DNA from: Octopus vulgaris
Lineage: Eukaryota
NCBI GenBank assembly: GCA_951406725.2
Contig: OX597819.1
Coordinates: 43,772,001 to 43,836,000 of the forward strand
Direction of reading: 5' to 3'
DNA length: 64,000 bases
In this document: piece after piece, positions 25,281 to 36,969 of the stretch
How the letters are laid out: each line of letters starts with the position of its first letter
Position numbering within the stretch: the first letter of the stretch is position 1
Notes under the pieces: model-generated
What the model saw: only the letters and a program-made list of their open reading frames with translations
The model's database searches: none
Told to the model about the DNA's origin: nothing
Made by a program: the position numbers and the translations under genes

Positions 25281-25620
25281 GTGCATGCATTTGTGTAGGC
25301 GTGACTATACATACATTCACATAATCATCCGTACTTACAATTTTAGGTACACATTCATTACTATACACCATCGCACTAACGAAATGAAACCCCAATCCTT
25401 ACTTTTGATATAGTATATATTAATAAGACAAGTCTAATTGAAGAACAGGGTGTAGTAATGGCGGTCGTTATGTTTGACTGGAGACTGAGAAATTTTGTTG
25501 TAATTGCTCTATACTCTATCAACAACACAGCAATATATATGTCATAGTGGATTGTGTAGATTTCATTGGAATAGTATCAATTACAACTTAAAACGTATAC
25601 GCACACTCTATATATAGCCT

Positions 25621-25661
<41 letters not shown>

Positions 25662-25877
25662 TATATATGCATATATATATATATATGTATACATATATAT
25701 GTATGTTTATATACATATGTGTATGTATGTATATATGTGTGTTTCTATGTATACTCATTTATTATGCTATTATATGCTCTTCCCCGAAACAACACATTTA
25801 GACAAATATTAGATGATAGATAGACGTTGTACATGTATGTTTATCCGCAGCGATGATTATCTCAGTGTTCAGATGTG

Positions 25878-25909
<32 letters not shown>

Positions 25910-27347
25910 TGTATGTATGTATGTATGTATGTATGTATGTATGTATGTATGTATGCATGCATGCATGCATGTATGTATGTATGTATGTATGTATGTATGT
26001 ATGTATGTATGTATGAATGTATGTATGTATTATGCATGTATGAATGTATGTATGTATGTATGTATGTATGAATATATGTATGTATTATGCATGTATGAAT
26101 GTATGTATGTATGTATGTATGTATGTATGTATGTATGAATCTATGCATACATAAATTCATTTATATATGGATGTATGTATGTCTGAATATATGTACACAG
26201 ATACATGCATACACACGGAAACACATACATGCACTCATACAAACACACATACTGACTGTATGTATGAAAGTGTACATATACATACACAATCAAGTACTCA
26301 GACACTCAGAGGCATATATATGCATATTTAATGTCTGCATGTGTGTGTGAGAGAGATGGAGAGAGAGAGAGAGGGGGGAAGATAGGGTTTGTACATATGC
26401 GTATAACAACATGCAATGTCACGTGATGAACTTACAAACTGTTGAATATTTGCAAAATTATCAAAAGTACAGTTCATCACAAGTATTGTCCTTTGCTGCT
26501 GCTGCTGCTGCTGATGATGATGATGATGACGATGATGATGACGATGACGACGACGATGGCAACTATAATGATGATTAGTGATTAGTTTATCTTGATTTAG
26601 GAATGCAACGCATCGATTATTTAAGCATGTATGTGTAAGTATCTCTTCGTAAGTACATTGATATATACATTCATACATACACACACTCACACTGATATAC
26701 ATATATATATAAATATTTATATCTATATGTATGTATATACATATATATACATATACACACATATATACATATGCTAATTTTAATGTACTTATACAGTGCG
26801 TTGGTACAAGATAAACCACCTTGTTTAAAAAAAAAAATCAATTCTATTTAAGAATCAGCAAAAATTAAACAAAATTGTTAAAAACATAATAATAGAAATT
26901 GATTTAACTAGTTTCTAGTCTTTTTAAGGCTTCGCCAGACAAAGGGCAAAGTCGGATCTGACATTAAATGTTATGATAAAATGCTACACAATACTTTATT
27001 TAAAAATTCCGTCATTTCATACCCTCATATATCCAGAATAATTATTTTTTATACCCGCAAGAAGTCACAAATTTTGGCACATAAATCACTCAGATCTATC
27101 ACAGTCACCGCCAATGTTAAGTCTCACAAATACTTATCAGTTCCTTCTCCGGGCGATCTTACAGATATATCATACTAAATGCTACGTCCTTTAATGACTA
27201 CCGTCTCTCTTTAGAGCCAGAAAATAGATTGGCTTCTATCAACTGCTGATAGTCTGCAATGACCAAATAAGAACTACACTGAGATTTTGCTTCCATATCT
27301 GGAACGACTTCTACGGTAGCATACAATGGCTTCTTGGATTTGAAACT

Positions 27348-27685
27348 AGGCGCAGGCAAAGCTGACTGGATAAGAAGTTCGCTTTGCAACCCCGTGGATT
27401 CAGTTTCAGTTCCATTGTGCAGTACCTTGGGCAAGTGTCTTCTATGTGTTGTGGGTAGATTTGGTACGCGGTAACTTTGAAAGCCCAGTCGCCTAAGTAT
27501 GTGTGTGTGTGTGTGCGTGTGTGTGTGTGTTTTGTGCTTGTGTTTGTCCTCGTAACTTAGTGGTTCGGCAAGAAGACGGCGACAGAATATGTACCAGACT
27601 TAAAGAGAGCAATTTGTTTGAATAAAAGCTTCGGGGTGGTGACCCGGCTTGGCCACACTAATGATCGAAACAAGTAAAAGATAAT
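27348..27685 (+). mobile_element. SINE-B, diverged
   Basis: AGGCGCAGG..ACCTTGGGCAAGTGTCTTCTA..(TG)n..GTAACTTAGTGGTTCGGCAA..GAAACAAGTAAAAGA. Confidence 0.7.
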
Positions 27686-27975
27686 AGTCATCTGTCTGGT
27701 TGGCTTGGACTTACCAACACCCTCCAATCTCTATTTTGCACAAGTGCTATCTCTTTACTTTGTTTTGTGACCGCTACTATAGCTGTCCATACTGATCAGA
27801 TGGTATATATATATCTAGATATTTACATAGCATCTCCAATTCAACCCCAAGCCTTTCCGTCACAACTTTCTCAACTCTTTTTGTCACCCTTTCTTTTTGA
27901 TCCGTTTCACGTTCCATACTAATCATTTCTCTAGTCTTAATCCTCCACAACACCAACACATCTATCTATCCATCT

Positions 27976-28165
27976 ATTCCTGGACCGGCGACGCGTTGTG
28001 TTCTTGATCAAATCACTTCATTTCACGTTGCTCCAGTCCACTCAGCTGGCAAAAATGAGTAACGCTGCGATGGACTAGCGTCCCGTCCAGCTGGGGAATA
28101 CATACGCCATTGAAAGCGGGAGCCTGGCTATGCTTTAAAAGGGCGCATTTATTATTATTTTTTTT
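27976..28165 (+). mobile_element. SINE-C short form, 5'-truncated
   Basis: ATTCCTGGACCGGCGACGCGTTGTG..AAAAGGGCGCATTT matches 16078-16263. Confidence 0.8.
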
Positions 28166-28451
28166 TATATATTACTATCAGACAAACTTTTAGTGAGAGA
28201 CTTTTAGATAAACCCCACGTGGCCTATATATTACCACTCGTGACAGCACTCTAAGCTCAAACTCAAATGTCCTATATATTAATACTGACAGCACACCATG
28301 ATAAACGTTAAGATCAGTCCTTACTGTCTACGTAACACCACCTTTGATAATGTCAAATGAGAGCTGCAGTATAATCAAGGTTCGCTTCACGACCACATGG
28401 CACATTGGACAGATGTCATTTCCTGTAGTCTCAAGTCAACCCATACCTTAT

Positions 28452-28808
28452 TTTTCATCTTTTACTTGCTTCGGTCGTTGCACTGTGGCCATGCTGGGGC
28501 CCTGCCAGGAAAAGTTTTTGGTCAAATGAATAGACTCCAGTACTTATTTTTTTAAAAGCTGGCACATATTGTATCGGTTTCTTTTGCTGAACTGCTATGT
28601 TACGGGGGCGTAAACAAGCCAACACCGGTTGTCAAGCAAACATAAACATGCGCGCGCAAGTATACGACAAGTTTCTTTTTGACAAATCTACTCGCAAGAC
28701 TTTGGTCAGCCCAGGTAGACACTTGCCCAATGTGGCCCGCACTGGGATTGAACCCGGAACCATGTGTGTGGGAAGCAAACTTCTTACTACATAGGTACGC
28801 CTGCGCCA
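28452..28808 (-). mobile_element. SINE-B (internal microsatellite nearly absent)
   Basis: Reverse complement of family B from TCTTTTACTTG to ..ACGCCTGCGCC. Confidence 0.75.
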
Positions 28809-28951
28809 ATGAGTGTGAAATTTAGTAGATGGAAACTGAATAGAAGCCCATCGAATGAATTGTAGTGGTAATTCAGAAGTGCACCTTGTCACACAGTGCA
28901 ACACTGATTTTTCCTGAAAAATTACATGAAGGGCACACATGTCTGAGGAAT

Positions 28952-29223
28952 GTGGAGGCGCGTGATTTAGTGGATAGGGTGTTGGACTCATGATCGTAAT
29001 CTTGTGGTTTCGTTTGCTGGACCGGGCGATGCGTTGTGTTCTTGAGCAAAACACTTCATTTCACGTTGCTCCAGCTGGCAAAAAAGCTCATTCAGCTGGC
29101 AAAAGTGAGTAATCCTGCGACGGACCGGCGTCCTGTCCAGGTGGGGAATATATACACCATTGAAACCGGGAAACCGGCCCTTATGAGCCTAGCATGGCTT
29201 GAGAATTAAATATTTCTTCTTCT
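28952..29223 (+). mobile_element. SINE-C short form with 12-bp TSD
   Basis: TGTCTGAGGAAT at 28940-28951 and 29224-29235. Confidence 0.9.
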
Positions 29224-29259
29224 TGTCTGAGGAATTCTCAGCTACTTACACGTTAATTC

Positions 29260-29471
29260 CGTATCACGAAAATTGTTCGAAAAATAGTTATTCGAAATAA
29301 ATATAATTTGTGTCTTGGTTTTTAATTTTATAATTTTGGTTTAAATAAAATTTAAAAAATAGAATATTTAACATTTCGTATAATTGTCCTTTTGAATAAT
29401 TTTCATTCATACAAATTTCCATTCGAATAAATGTTTTTCGAGTAATTGTTTTCGAACAATGATCGCATAAT
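29260..29471. mobile_element. MITE with 9-bp TSD (Mutator/foldback-like)
   Basis: CGTTAATTC at 29251-29259 and 29472-29480; imperfect inverted ends (ATTGTTCGAAAA / TTTTCGAACAAT) and TTCGAA subrepeats. Confidence 0.65.
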
Positions 29472-29953
29472 CGTTAATTCAACGAGCAGATAAAACAGTT
29501 GATCGAGTAACTAAATCCTCCTCGTTGAACGATGGAGATCCATATATCTTTTCATAGAGTGTTGTTGATAAACTGTGAAGTTATCATTGCCCTTAGTAGT
29601 TTACCGTGGCTATTAAAATGTTTGACATCAGATCTATAACAATTTTCATAAACAATATATTCCGGAGCCAAATATTCTCTTTCCAAAATTATTGTCACCT
29701 TATGAATGTAATTTACTTTGCCTTTAATCTTTCAATATATAACATTTGTAAATCTTCATTTTTCTACTGTCTGTCTGTCTGTCTGTCTGCCTGTCTGTTT
29801 CTCTCTCTCTCTTCCACTCACTCACCCACTCACTCACTCACTCACTCACTCACTCTCTCTCTCTCTCTCTCTCACTCACTCACTCACTCACTCACTCACA
29901 CACTTTCTGTCCCCATCTCCTTTTACCCATTCCTCAGTCATTCTGTCTACTTA

Positions 29954-29999
<46 letters not shown>

Positions 30000-30263
30000 T
30001 GTCTCTCTCTCTCTGTCTCTCTCTCTGTCTCTCTCTCTCTCTCTCTTTACCGTGTAAATATGTTTATGATATAAACATATATAAATATGGCTCTTTGTTT
30101 CTTTCTATCTCTGTCTCTGTCTCAGCCCCGGTTTCTGTCTGTCTGCCTCTCCCTTTCTCTCTCATAGCTGTAATACCTACACTAAACTAAAAGTATACTA
30201 AAGGTGATGTCGTAGCATAACTTAAGTGTTGATGGCTAAAACACACAGACACACATACTCGCA

Positions 30264-30308
<45 letters not shown>

Positions 30309-30404
30309 CCCACTGAAAACTGAATGCGGTGCTCCAGTTTGTCCTTAAGCGTAATAGGTAAAATAAATTCAAGAAATAAATATAAAAGAACCGCATTGCG
30401 ATGT

Positions 30405-30608
30405 CCAATATACATGGCTAATTGGACGAAATCATTAACGTCTTCCGTCTGTCTTTTACGTTTTGAGTTCAAACCCTGCCGAGGCCGGCTTTGAATTTCA
30501 TCCTTTCGGGGATTGATAAAATAAGTACCAGTTAAACACCAGGGTGGATGTAATCGACTCACCCCTTCCCTCCGAAATTTGCTCACCTTGTGCCACAATT
30601 AGAAGCCG
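30405..30608 (+). mobile_element. SINE-A monomer
   Basis: GAGTTCAAACCCTGCCGAGG..TTTCATCCTTTCGGGGATTGATAAAATAAGTACCAG..CCTTGTGCC. Confidence 0.75.
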
Positions 30609-30611
30609 ATA

Positions 30612-31540
30612 TAAAGGGGTTGGACAAAATAATGGAAACACCTTAAAATTTCAAACAAATTTATTTTAATATGAGGTAGGACCGCCTTTGGCAGTAATTA
30701 CAGCTTGAATTCTACGAGGTATGGACTCGTACAAAGTTTGAATTGTTTCCAAAGAAATTTTTGTCCATTCTTCAGCTAAAACAGTCTCCAGTTCTTGTAG
30801 TGATGATGGTGGAGGATATCGACTCCTTACTAGCTTTTATAAACTGCACCATAAATGTTCAATAATATTGAGATTTGGAGGCTGTAGTAGCCAGATTAGA
30901 TGTTCAACTTCACTAGAATGTCCCTCATGCCATTCAGTAACAACTTTAGCTGTGTAAATTGGTTCATTATCATGTTGAAAGATTGTGTTTCCCTCTGGAA
31001 ACAGTTCCACAACCATAGGATGAATTTGATCAGATAAAATGCTTCAATAGTCTTGACTGTTAATTCTGCCATGAAGGGAAACCACTGGGCCGGCAGATTT
31101 CCAAGATATAGCCCCAGCCAATCATCACAGATCCTTCTCCAGGTTTAACAGTTGGAAGAAGGCAGTCTGGGTCAAATGTTTCTTTTGTCTGTCTCCACAC
31201 GTATACTCAGCTGGTGGTCGGAAATAAGGTAAAGGATGACTCGTCCGAGAAAATAACATTTTCCCACTGCTCTAGGGATAAATTCTGTAGGTTTTCACTC
31301 CACTCTAAATGCTTTGGAACGTTTGTTTTTGAAAGTAATGGTTTTCTGATTGCAGCCCTACCGTGAAATCCGGGTTTGTGCAGCTCTCGGTGAACATTTT
31401 TTTGTGGAAACTGGGTTCTCGGGGTGGTCATTAAGCTCGGCAGTAATCTTGGGAGCTGTACTTTTGTGATCCTTTCTAGCAATTCGCGGAATCCCGTCGG
31501 TGGCGGTGTTTCCTCTTCTTGGACGGTTAACGGTTCAATA
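30612..31540 (-). mobile_element. Tc1 (DD34E) transposon, one end visible, disrupted
   Basis: TIR-like GGGGTTGGACAAAATAATGGAAACACC at 30615. Peptides RIARKDHKSTAPKITAELN, GFHGRAAIRKPLL, WENVIFSDESSF, IFQHDNEPIYTAK, NLNIIEHLW. Confidence 0.88.
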
Positions 31541-32039
31541 ACTTCACATATGGGTGTCTTTAAGCGAAACACTTTGTGTTGCAAACATCAGAGCAGGTCT
31601 CCGCTTTGAGAACAATTTCCTCCAAGTCTCCAACCGGTCTCGGGGTCCCTTAAAGGGGTCATAGGCGCAGCACTTCCTTCTCTGAGTAAGCCTTTAAAAG
31701 AAAGAAGAAATCAATATTTCACTAATGGATTACTGAATTAACAGAGACGAGGGATTAGTGGATTAAATGTTTGGTTGCCGCCATTTAATTATGTTTTTAT
31801 GTATTGTAAATATATTTAAACGGCTTTTTAAAAACATTTTAAGGTCACAGTCAACACTGCGCTGAGGAATAATCAAAGAGACAGGTGGAATATGTTCATA
31901 AATCTCGCCCTTCGTCATGTGCTCGCATCATCAAATGTTTTGAAACTTCTCAAGCATCATGGCAAAAGTGCCATCAAGGCGATTTTAAAGCTCTTTCTTC
32001 ATAGTCCGAGTTTCGACTCAATATGCGATCGCAGAAGCT

Positions 32040-32250
32040 TGTGTGTGTGTGTGAGTGTTTGTTTGTATATGTTTGCGGTGGTTTCCCGCCACCACTTTGT
32101 AATCGGTATTGGGATGTTTGCATTCCCATAACTTAGCTGTTCGGCCAAGAGGAGTAATACAATACACAACAGGCTTTTAAAAAAAGTAGGTACTGGGGTC
32201 AAATCCTTCGACAAAGTTCCACAAGGCAGTACCCAACGATGGAAGATCAA
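32040..32250 (+). mobile_element. SINE-B 3' half
   Basis: (TG)n then CCCATAACTTAGCTGTTCGGC..TACTGGGGTCAA. Confidence 0.6.
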
Positions 32251-32275
32251 AGCTGGAATTTCATTGATTAATATA

Positions 32276-32549
32276 CAATAATCCCTCGCCATATCGCGGT
32301 TCACCTGTCACGCTTCACCTATCGCGGTTCACCTGTCTTTGTTTTTTTATGTAAGCTTAACTCTGTGGTGTTGTTTTGCAGTTATAATAAAATAAATATA
32401 TACAAATTATAAAAATAATTAAAAAATTATAATAATCAAAATAATAATAAAAAAATCGAAAATAAACGGTACTGTTTCTACTTCGCGGATTTTCACCTAT
32501 CGCGGGGGTTTTTTGGAACGTAAAACCCGCGATAGTCGAGGGATTGCTG
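32276..32549. mobile_element. pogo/Tigger-type MITE
   Basis: TA|CAATAATCCCTCGCCATATCGCGG ... CCGCGATAGTCGAGGGATTGCTG|TA inverted termini; internal TTCACCTATCGCGG repeats. Confidence 0.8.
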
Positions 32550-32653
32550 TACACACACACATGTCATGAAATCTGTAAGCCATACTCAGAATATAGTCAT
32601 GTTATATGAGTTATATCCTTTTACACTTAATGCGTTGTGTATGTATGTGTGCG

Positions 32654-32684
<31 letters not shown>

Positions 32685-33592
32685 TGTCGTTGAGAGGTAG
32701 GGGTGGACTTGGTAAATCTATTGAGAATACCTTGGTTCACTGGTTATGAAGTATGATCATATAGTGGTCAGGAAGAAGGAAGCTATATTTCTGGAAGAAT
32801 GGCCGAATAGACTCTATTGTTCGTGACCTTCTCTTTTCTTATTATGTTTGCTATCTTTATTGGTGTGGTTTTAGTGTCTGATGGTCTTGTTTACAATTGC
32901 TTAATACATACATTTACGATTATGCAACGACATGTGCATATGAGTCTATAGCTGCGCAGAAATATTCATATATGCGTAGCTTTGTATAGCGGCTTTTGAC
33001 AGTCATGTATACATATGGTCATATTCACATATAATTATAAGAACTTCCAAACACACACACATTCCATTAGTTTCTCTCATTGTCTCTGGTTCCAATTTCT
33101 TCCTGCGTTTCTCTCCTTTTATTTTTGCCGTCTGCCTACCTGCCTGCCTGCCTGCCTGTCTGCCTGTCTGCCTGTCTTTCTTTCTTTCTGTCTCTCTGTC
33201 TGTCTTTCTGTCTCTTTATGTCTCTGTCTCTGTCTCTGTATGTCTGTCTGTCTGTCACTCTCTCTCTCTATCTCTCTCTCGCAAACACACGCATACACAC
33301 GCATACAAACTGTTATATAGATCACTATATAGGTAGTATATATGTACATTCGTGTATGAATGTATGTGTGTGTTTGTGTATTTTGAGAATTACTGTTTTG
33401 TGTTTGCTTGTGAACAAAGCAGCCTGATGTATGTGTGTGTAATGTGTATATATATATATATATACATACATATATATATATATTTATATATATATACATG
33501 TACATATATGATATGTGTGTGTGTCTGTGTGTGTATAAAGATAGATATACATGTACATATGTATGTATACATGTGTGCGAGTGTGTGAGCGT

Positions 33593-33631
<39 letters not shown>

Positions 33632-33807
33632 TGTGTGTGTGTGTGTATGTGTGTGTTTGTGTGTAGTGTATGAATGGTACATAGATAGCTAGGGTGTATC
33701 TACGTCTGAGATAGAAACACTGGAAAAATAAGAATAGAGGAACAGAATGAATAGAAAGGTGAAGTGAAAGAGACTAAACAGAAAGAGAGTAAAAGAGAAA
33801 TAACAAA

Positions 33808-34000
33808 ATAACGCGTGTGTATCGTTGGCAATTTTCTTTCTCCGTCTTTCCTTCCTTGGACCTTTCCTTCTTCTATGTTTCTGAAGAAGAGCTCCGCTCG
33901 AAACGTCAAATCCTCCTTCTTTCTTTACTTTCTTGAGCGTCCAATAACACTATACGTGTTCTACCTCCTCGCGTTGTTGTGTTTTCTCCTTGTTCGTGTT
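33808..34000 (+). mobile_element. Penelope-LTR-like short element
   Basis: Pyrimidine-rich ~190-bp unit homologous to 15745-15945 (opposite strand); carries a hammerhead core. Confidence 0.7.
33877..33911 (+). ncRNA. Minimal type-I hammerhead ribozyme motif (Penelope-type)
   Basis: GTTT-CTGAAGA-A-GAGC-TCC-GCTC-GAAA-C-GTC-AAAT: CUGANGA box, 4-bp stem II, GAAA box, palindromic ACGT stem III, GUC site, stem I GTTT/AAAT. Confidence 0.7.
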
Positions 34001-34267
34001 ATATGTATATATATCGTTGCTATTATGCAAAAGTCTCGTCAGTCCAAGACGTTGCTTTTTCAGAAAACGAAAAAAATGTTTCACCATTCCATAGTTAAAC
34101 CGTTGTACTACACTTTGACAATTTTCGATATGTTGGCATCTGAAGCAGCTGGTGATACGATAGATTGACCAAAGGAACCGGTTATTGCAAGCAAAAATAA
34201 ATATAGAAAAAAAAATGCTTTTGGCCAAATTTGGACATACGACAGTTTAAGTTTTACATAATAGTAA

Positions 34268-34323
<56 letters not shown>

Positions 34324-34344
34324 TGGTTGTATGTGAATGTAAAT

Positions 34345-34400
<56 letters not shown>

Positions 34401-34530
34401 GTTTGTTAGGAGTGAGATGACTTATAAAAAAGATGCTTTAAAAATGGAAGAACTTCCATGGAAAAATGTACGAATGCAATTGTGTCCTCCAAGATGTTGT
34501 ATGTAAAGACAAGGTGTTTGCATCTGTCTG

Positions 34531-34663
34531 CTACTTATTTCATCGACCCCGAAAAGATGGAATGCGAAGTCGACATCGGTGGAATTTAAACTTAGAACGT
34601 AGTAAAAAAAAATGTCGCTAAGCATTCTGTTGAGCGTGCTAACGATTCTGCCATCACCGCCTT
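34531..34663 (-). mobile_element. SINE-A head and core
   Basis: ATCGACCCCGAAAAGATGG..GCTAACGATTCTGCCATCACCGCCTT. Confidence 0.75.
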
Positions 34664-34685
34664 GAAAATAATACTAATAATTCTT

Positions 34686-35109
34686 GAAGGCGGCGAGTTG
34701 GCAGAGACGTTAGCACGCCGAGCGAAATGCGTAGCCGTATTTCGTCTGCCGTTACGTTCTGAGTTCAAATTCCGCCGAGGTCGACTTTGCCTTTCATCCT
34801 TTCGGGGTCGATAATTTAAGTACCAGTTACGCACTGGGGTCGATGTAATCGACTTAATCCGTTTGTCTGTCCTTGTTTGTCCCCTCTGTGTTTAGCCCCT
34901 TGTGGGTAGTAAAGAAACAGGTATTTCGTCAGCCGTTACGTTCTGAGTTCAAATTCCACCGAGGTCGACTTTGCCTTTCATCCTTTCGGATGTTGATTAA
35001 ATAAGTACCAGTTACGTACTGGGGTCGATGTAATCGAGTTAATCCCTTTGTCTGTCCTTGTTTGTCCCCTCTATGTTTAGCCCCTTGTATGCAATAAAGA
35101 AATAAATAT
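34686..35109 (+). mobile_element. SINE-A dimer (184-bp period) with 11-bp TSD
   Basis: TATTTCGTC at 34738 and 34922; TAATAATTCTT at 34675-34685 and 35110-35120. Confidence 0.9.
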
Positions 35110-35120
35110 TAATAATTCTT

Positions 35121-35290
35121 TCTACAATAAGCACAAAGCCTAAATTTTTTCAGGGTAGAGGTTATTCGATTACATCAGCTTAAGTGCTCGACTGGTACCT
35201 ATTTTATTGGTCACGAAAGGCAAAGTTAACTTCGGCGGAATTTGAACATAGAATGTAAAGCTGGAAAAAAAAAAGCCGTTAAGCACTTTC
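35121..35290 (-). mobile_element. Decayed SINE-A monomer
   Basis: GCACAAAGCC..ACTGGTACC..AAAGGCAAAGTTAACTTCGGCGGAATTTGAAC. Confidence 0.7.
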
Positions 35291-35490
35291 TCATGCTGAT
35301 AGTTTTCGCGAAATGTTTATTCGGCCACAGTTGCTTTTTGATTTTGCGTTTTGTTATTTTTTTCACGAATATATGGGAGGATAGAAAATACAAAAATGAT
35401 AAATGGAAAAGGTGAAAGAAAAAATGTGAGCGTCCCTTGTCAGAAAATAAATTTGTTTCTCATAGTAAGCATTGTTGTTACTGTTGTTGT

Positions 35491-36158
35491 TCGCCACATA
35501 AGGATGATGACAGTTCGTTCTCGCCTGAAGGTCATGGGGAAGAGCGGAACACCCTCAAGTGACTATATAAACCGATCCTTGATGTGTCAGGGCTTCTCTT
35601 CTTGTCTGCACTTAGTAGTTTTAAAGTGAAGGTCAATTCACGCAATCCGATCGCCACTCTTGAGACTTGGGCGTCTGACCACAGTGGCTCGGCGGGCTAA
35701 GACGGCTACAGTGACCAAGTAAGCTGTATATGTATGATATTGGACTGGCCTTCTTAGTTAATTGCCTTACAGGGTTGGAGAGCTGCACGTACTCTGGAAT
35801 TGCTGGGAGAGTGTCAAAGTATGTACCGGAATTCTATTCCTTGATTTGCTGTCGAGGTTAACTCACCTAGCCTTTTCCTTTCGCAAGGCCCTCACAACGC
35901 AGTAAGATGTTTGTGCTTGGAGTTTCTTCCACTACATGCTAATTCACCCATAGTTAATACATACTAATTAATACATACTAATTAATACATACTAATTAAC
36001 CCATAATTAACTTTGGCAGAGGGAATATTACTCCGGGGTTAAAGAAAACCTAGGAATAACAACAGTGTGGCTAAAAGGTGGTTCCGCACGCTCAGAAGCC
36101 TGGGCTCCACTACAAGATGTAGTTAAAAGTCATACCCAATACTTTGATCGCCACATAA
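35491..36158 (-). mobile_element. Non-coding ~650-bp insertion bounded by 11-bp direct repeats, probably a non-autonomous RTE derivative
   Basis: TCGCCACATAA at 35491-35501 and 36148-36158; higher GC than flanks. Minus-strand GGGTATGAC..AACTACATC and GGAAAAGGCTAGGTGAGTTAACCTCG recall RTE 5'UTR motifs (from memory). Confidence 0.5.
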
Positions 36159-36262
36159 TTAGTAATAAACATATTTAATTGCACAATGCATAAAATATAC
36201 CAATTTTTATTTAAATAGTATATCTTGGACCACACTATCCTATATGTTCTTACATATAATTT

Positions 36263-36560
36263 TGGAGGCGCAATGGCCAGTGGTTAGGGCAACGGACTCG
36301 CAGTCATAGGATCGCGGTTTCGATTCCCAGACCGGGCGTTTTGAGTGTTTATTGAGCGAAAACACCTAAAGCCCCACGAGGCTCCGGCAGGGGATGGTGG
36401 TGATCCCTGCTGTACTCTTTCACCACAACTTAACTACGTTAAGGGTACACGTGTCTGTAGAGTGCTCAGACACTTACACGTTAATTTCATGAGCGGGCTG
36501 TTCCGTTGATTCGGATCAACCGGAACCCTCGTCGTGGTAACCGACGGAGTGCTTCCATCC
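36263..36560 (+). mobile_element. SINE with a distinct head/core joined to the family-C long tail
   Basis: A box TGGCCAGTGG, B box GGTTTCGATTCC; core differs from family C; tail AACTACGTTAAGGGTACACG..GACGGAGTG. Near-TSD ACAT(A/G)TAATTTTGGA at 36252 and 36561. Confidence 0.85.
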
Positions 36561-36645
36561 ACATGTAATTTTGGACGGCATGGAATAACTCGAGGGAGAT
36601 TTTTGGCTGTTATTTTCAGAAAGGAGTAGCAGCGTTGTATGAACT

Positions 36646-36969
36646 TCTTTACTCCGCCGGTTACGACGACGAGGGTCCCAGCTGATACGATCAACGGAAC
36701 AGCTTGCTCGTGAAATTAACGTGCAAATGGCTGAGCATTCCACAGACACGTGTACCCTTAACGTAGTTCTCGGGGATAATCAGCGTGACACAGAGAGTGA
36801 CAAGGCTGACCCTTTGAAATACAAGTACAACTCATTTTTGCCAGCTGAGTGGACTGGAGCAACGTGAAATAAAGTGTCTTGCTCAAGGACACAACGCGTC
36901 GCCGGGAATCGAACTCACAACCTTACGATCATGAGCCGAATGCCCTAACCACTAAGCCACGCGCCCTCA
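36646..36969 (-). mobile_element. SINE-C long form with 13-bp TSD
   Basis: CGTTGTATGAACT at 36633-36645 and 36970-36982. Confidence 0.92.

Noticed and set aside
32775-32830. TTTCTGGAAGAATGGCCGAATAG as another hammerhead remnant
   Set aside because: Both catalytic boxes are imperfect and stem II is not formed.
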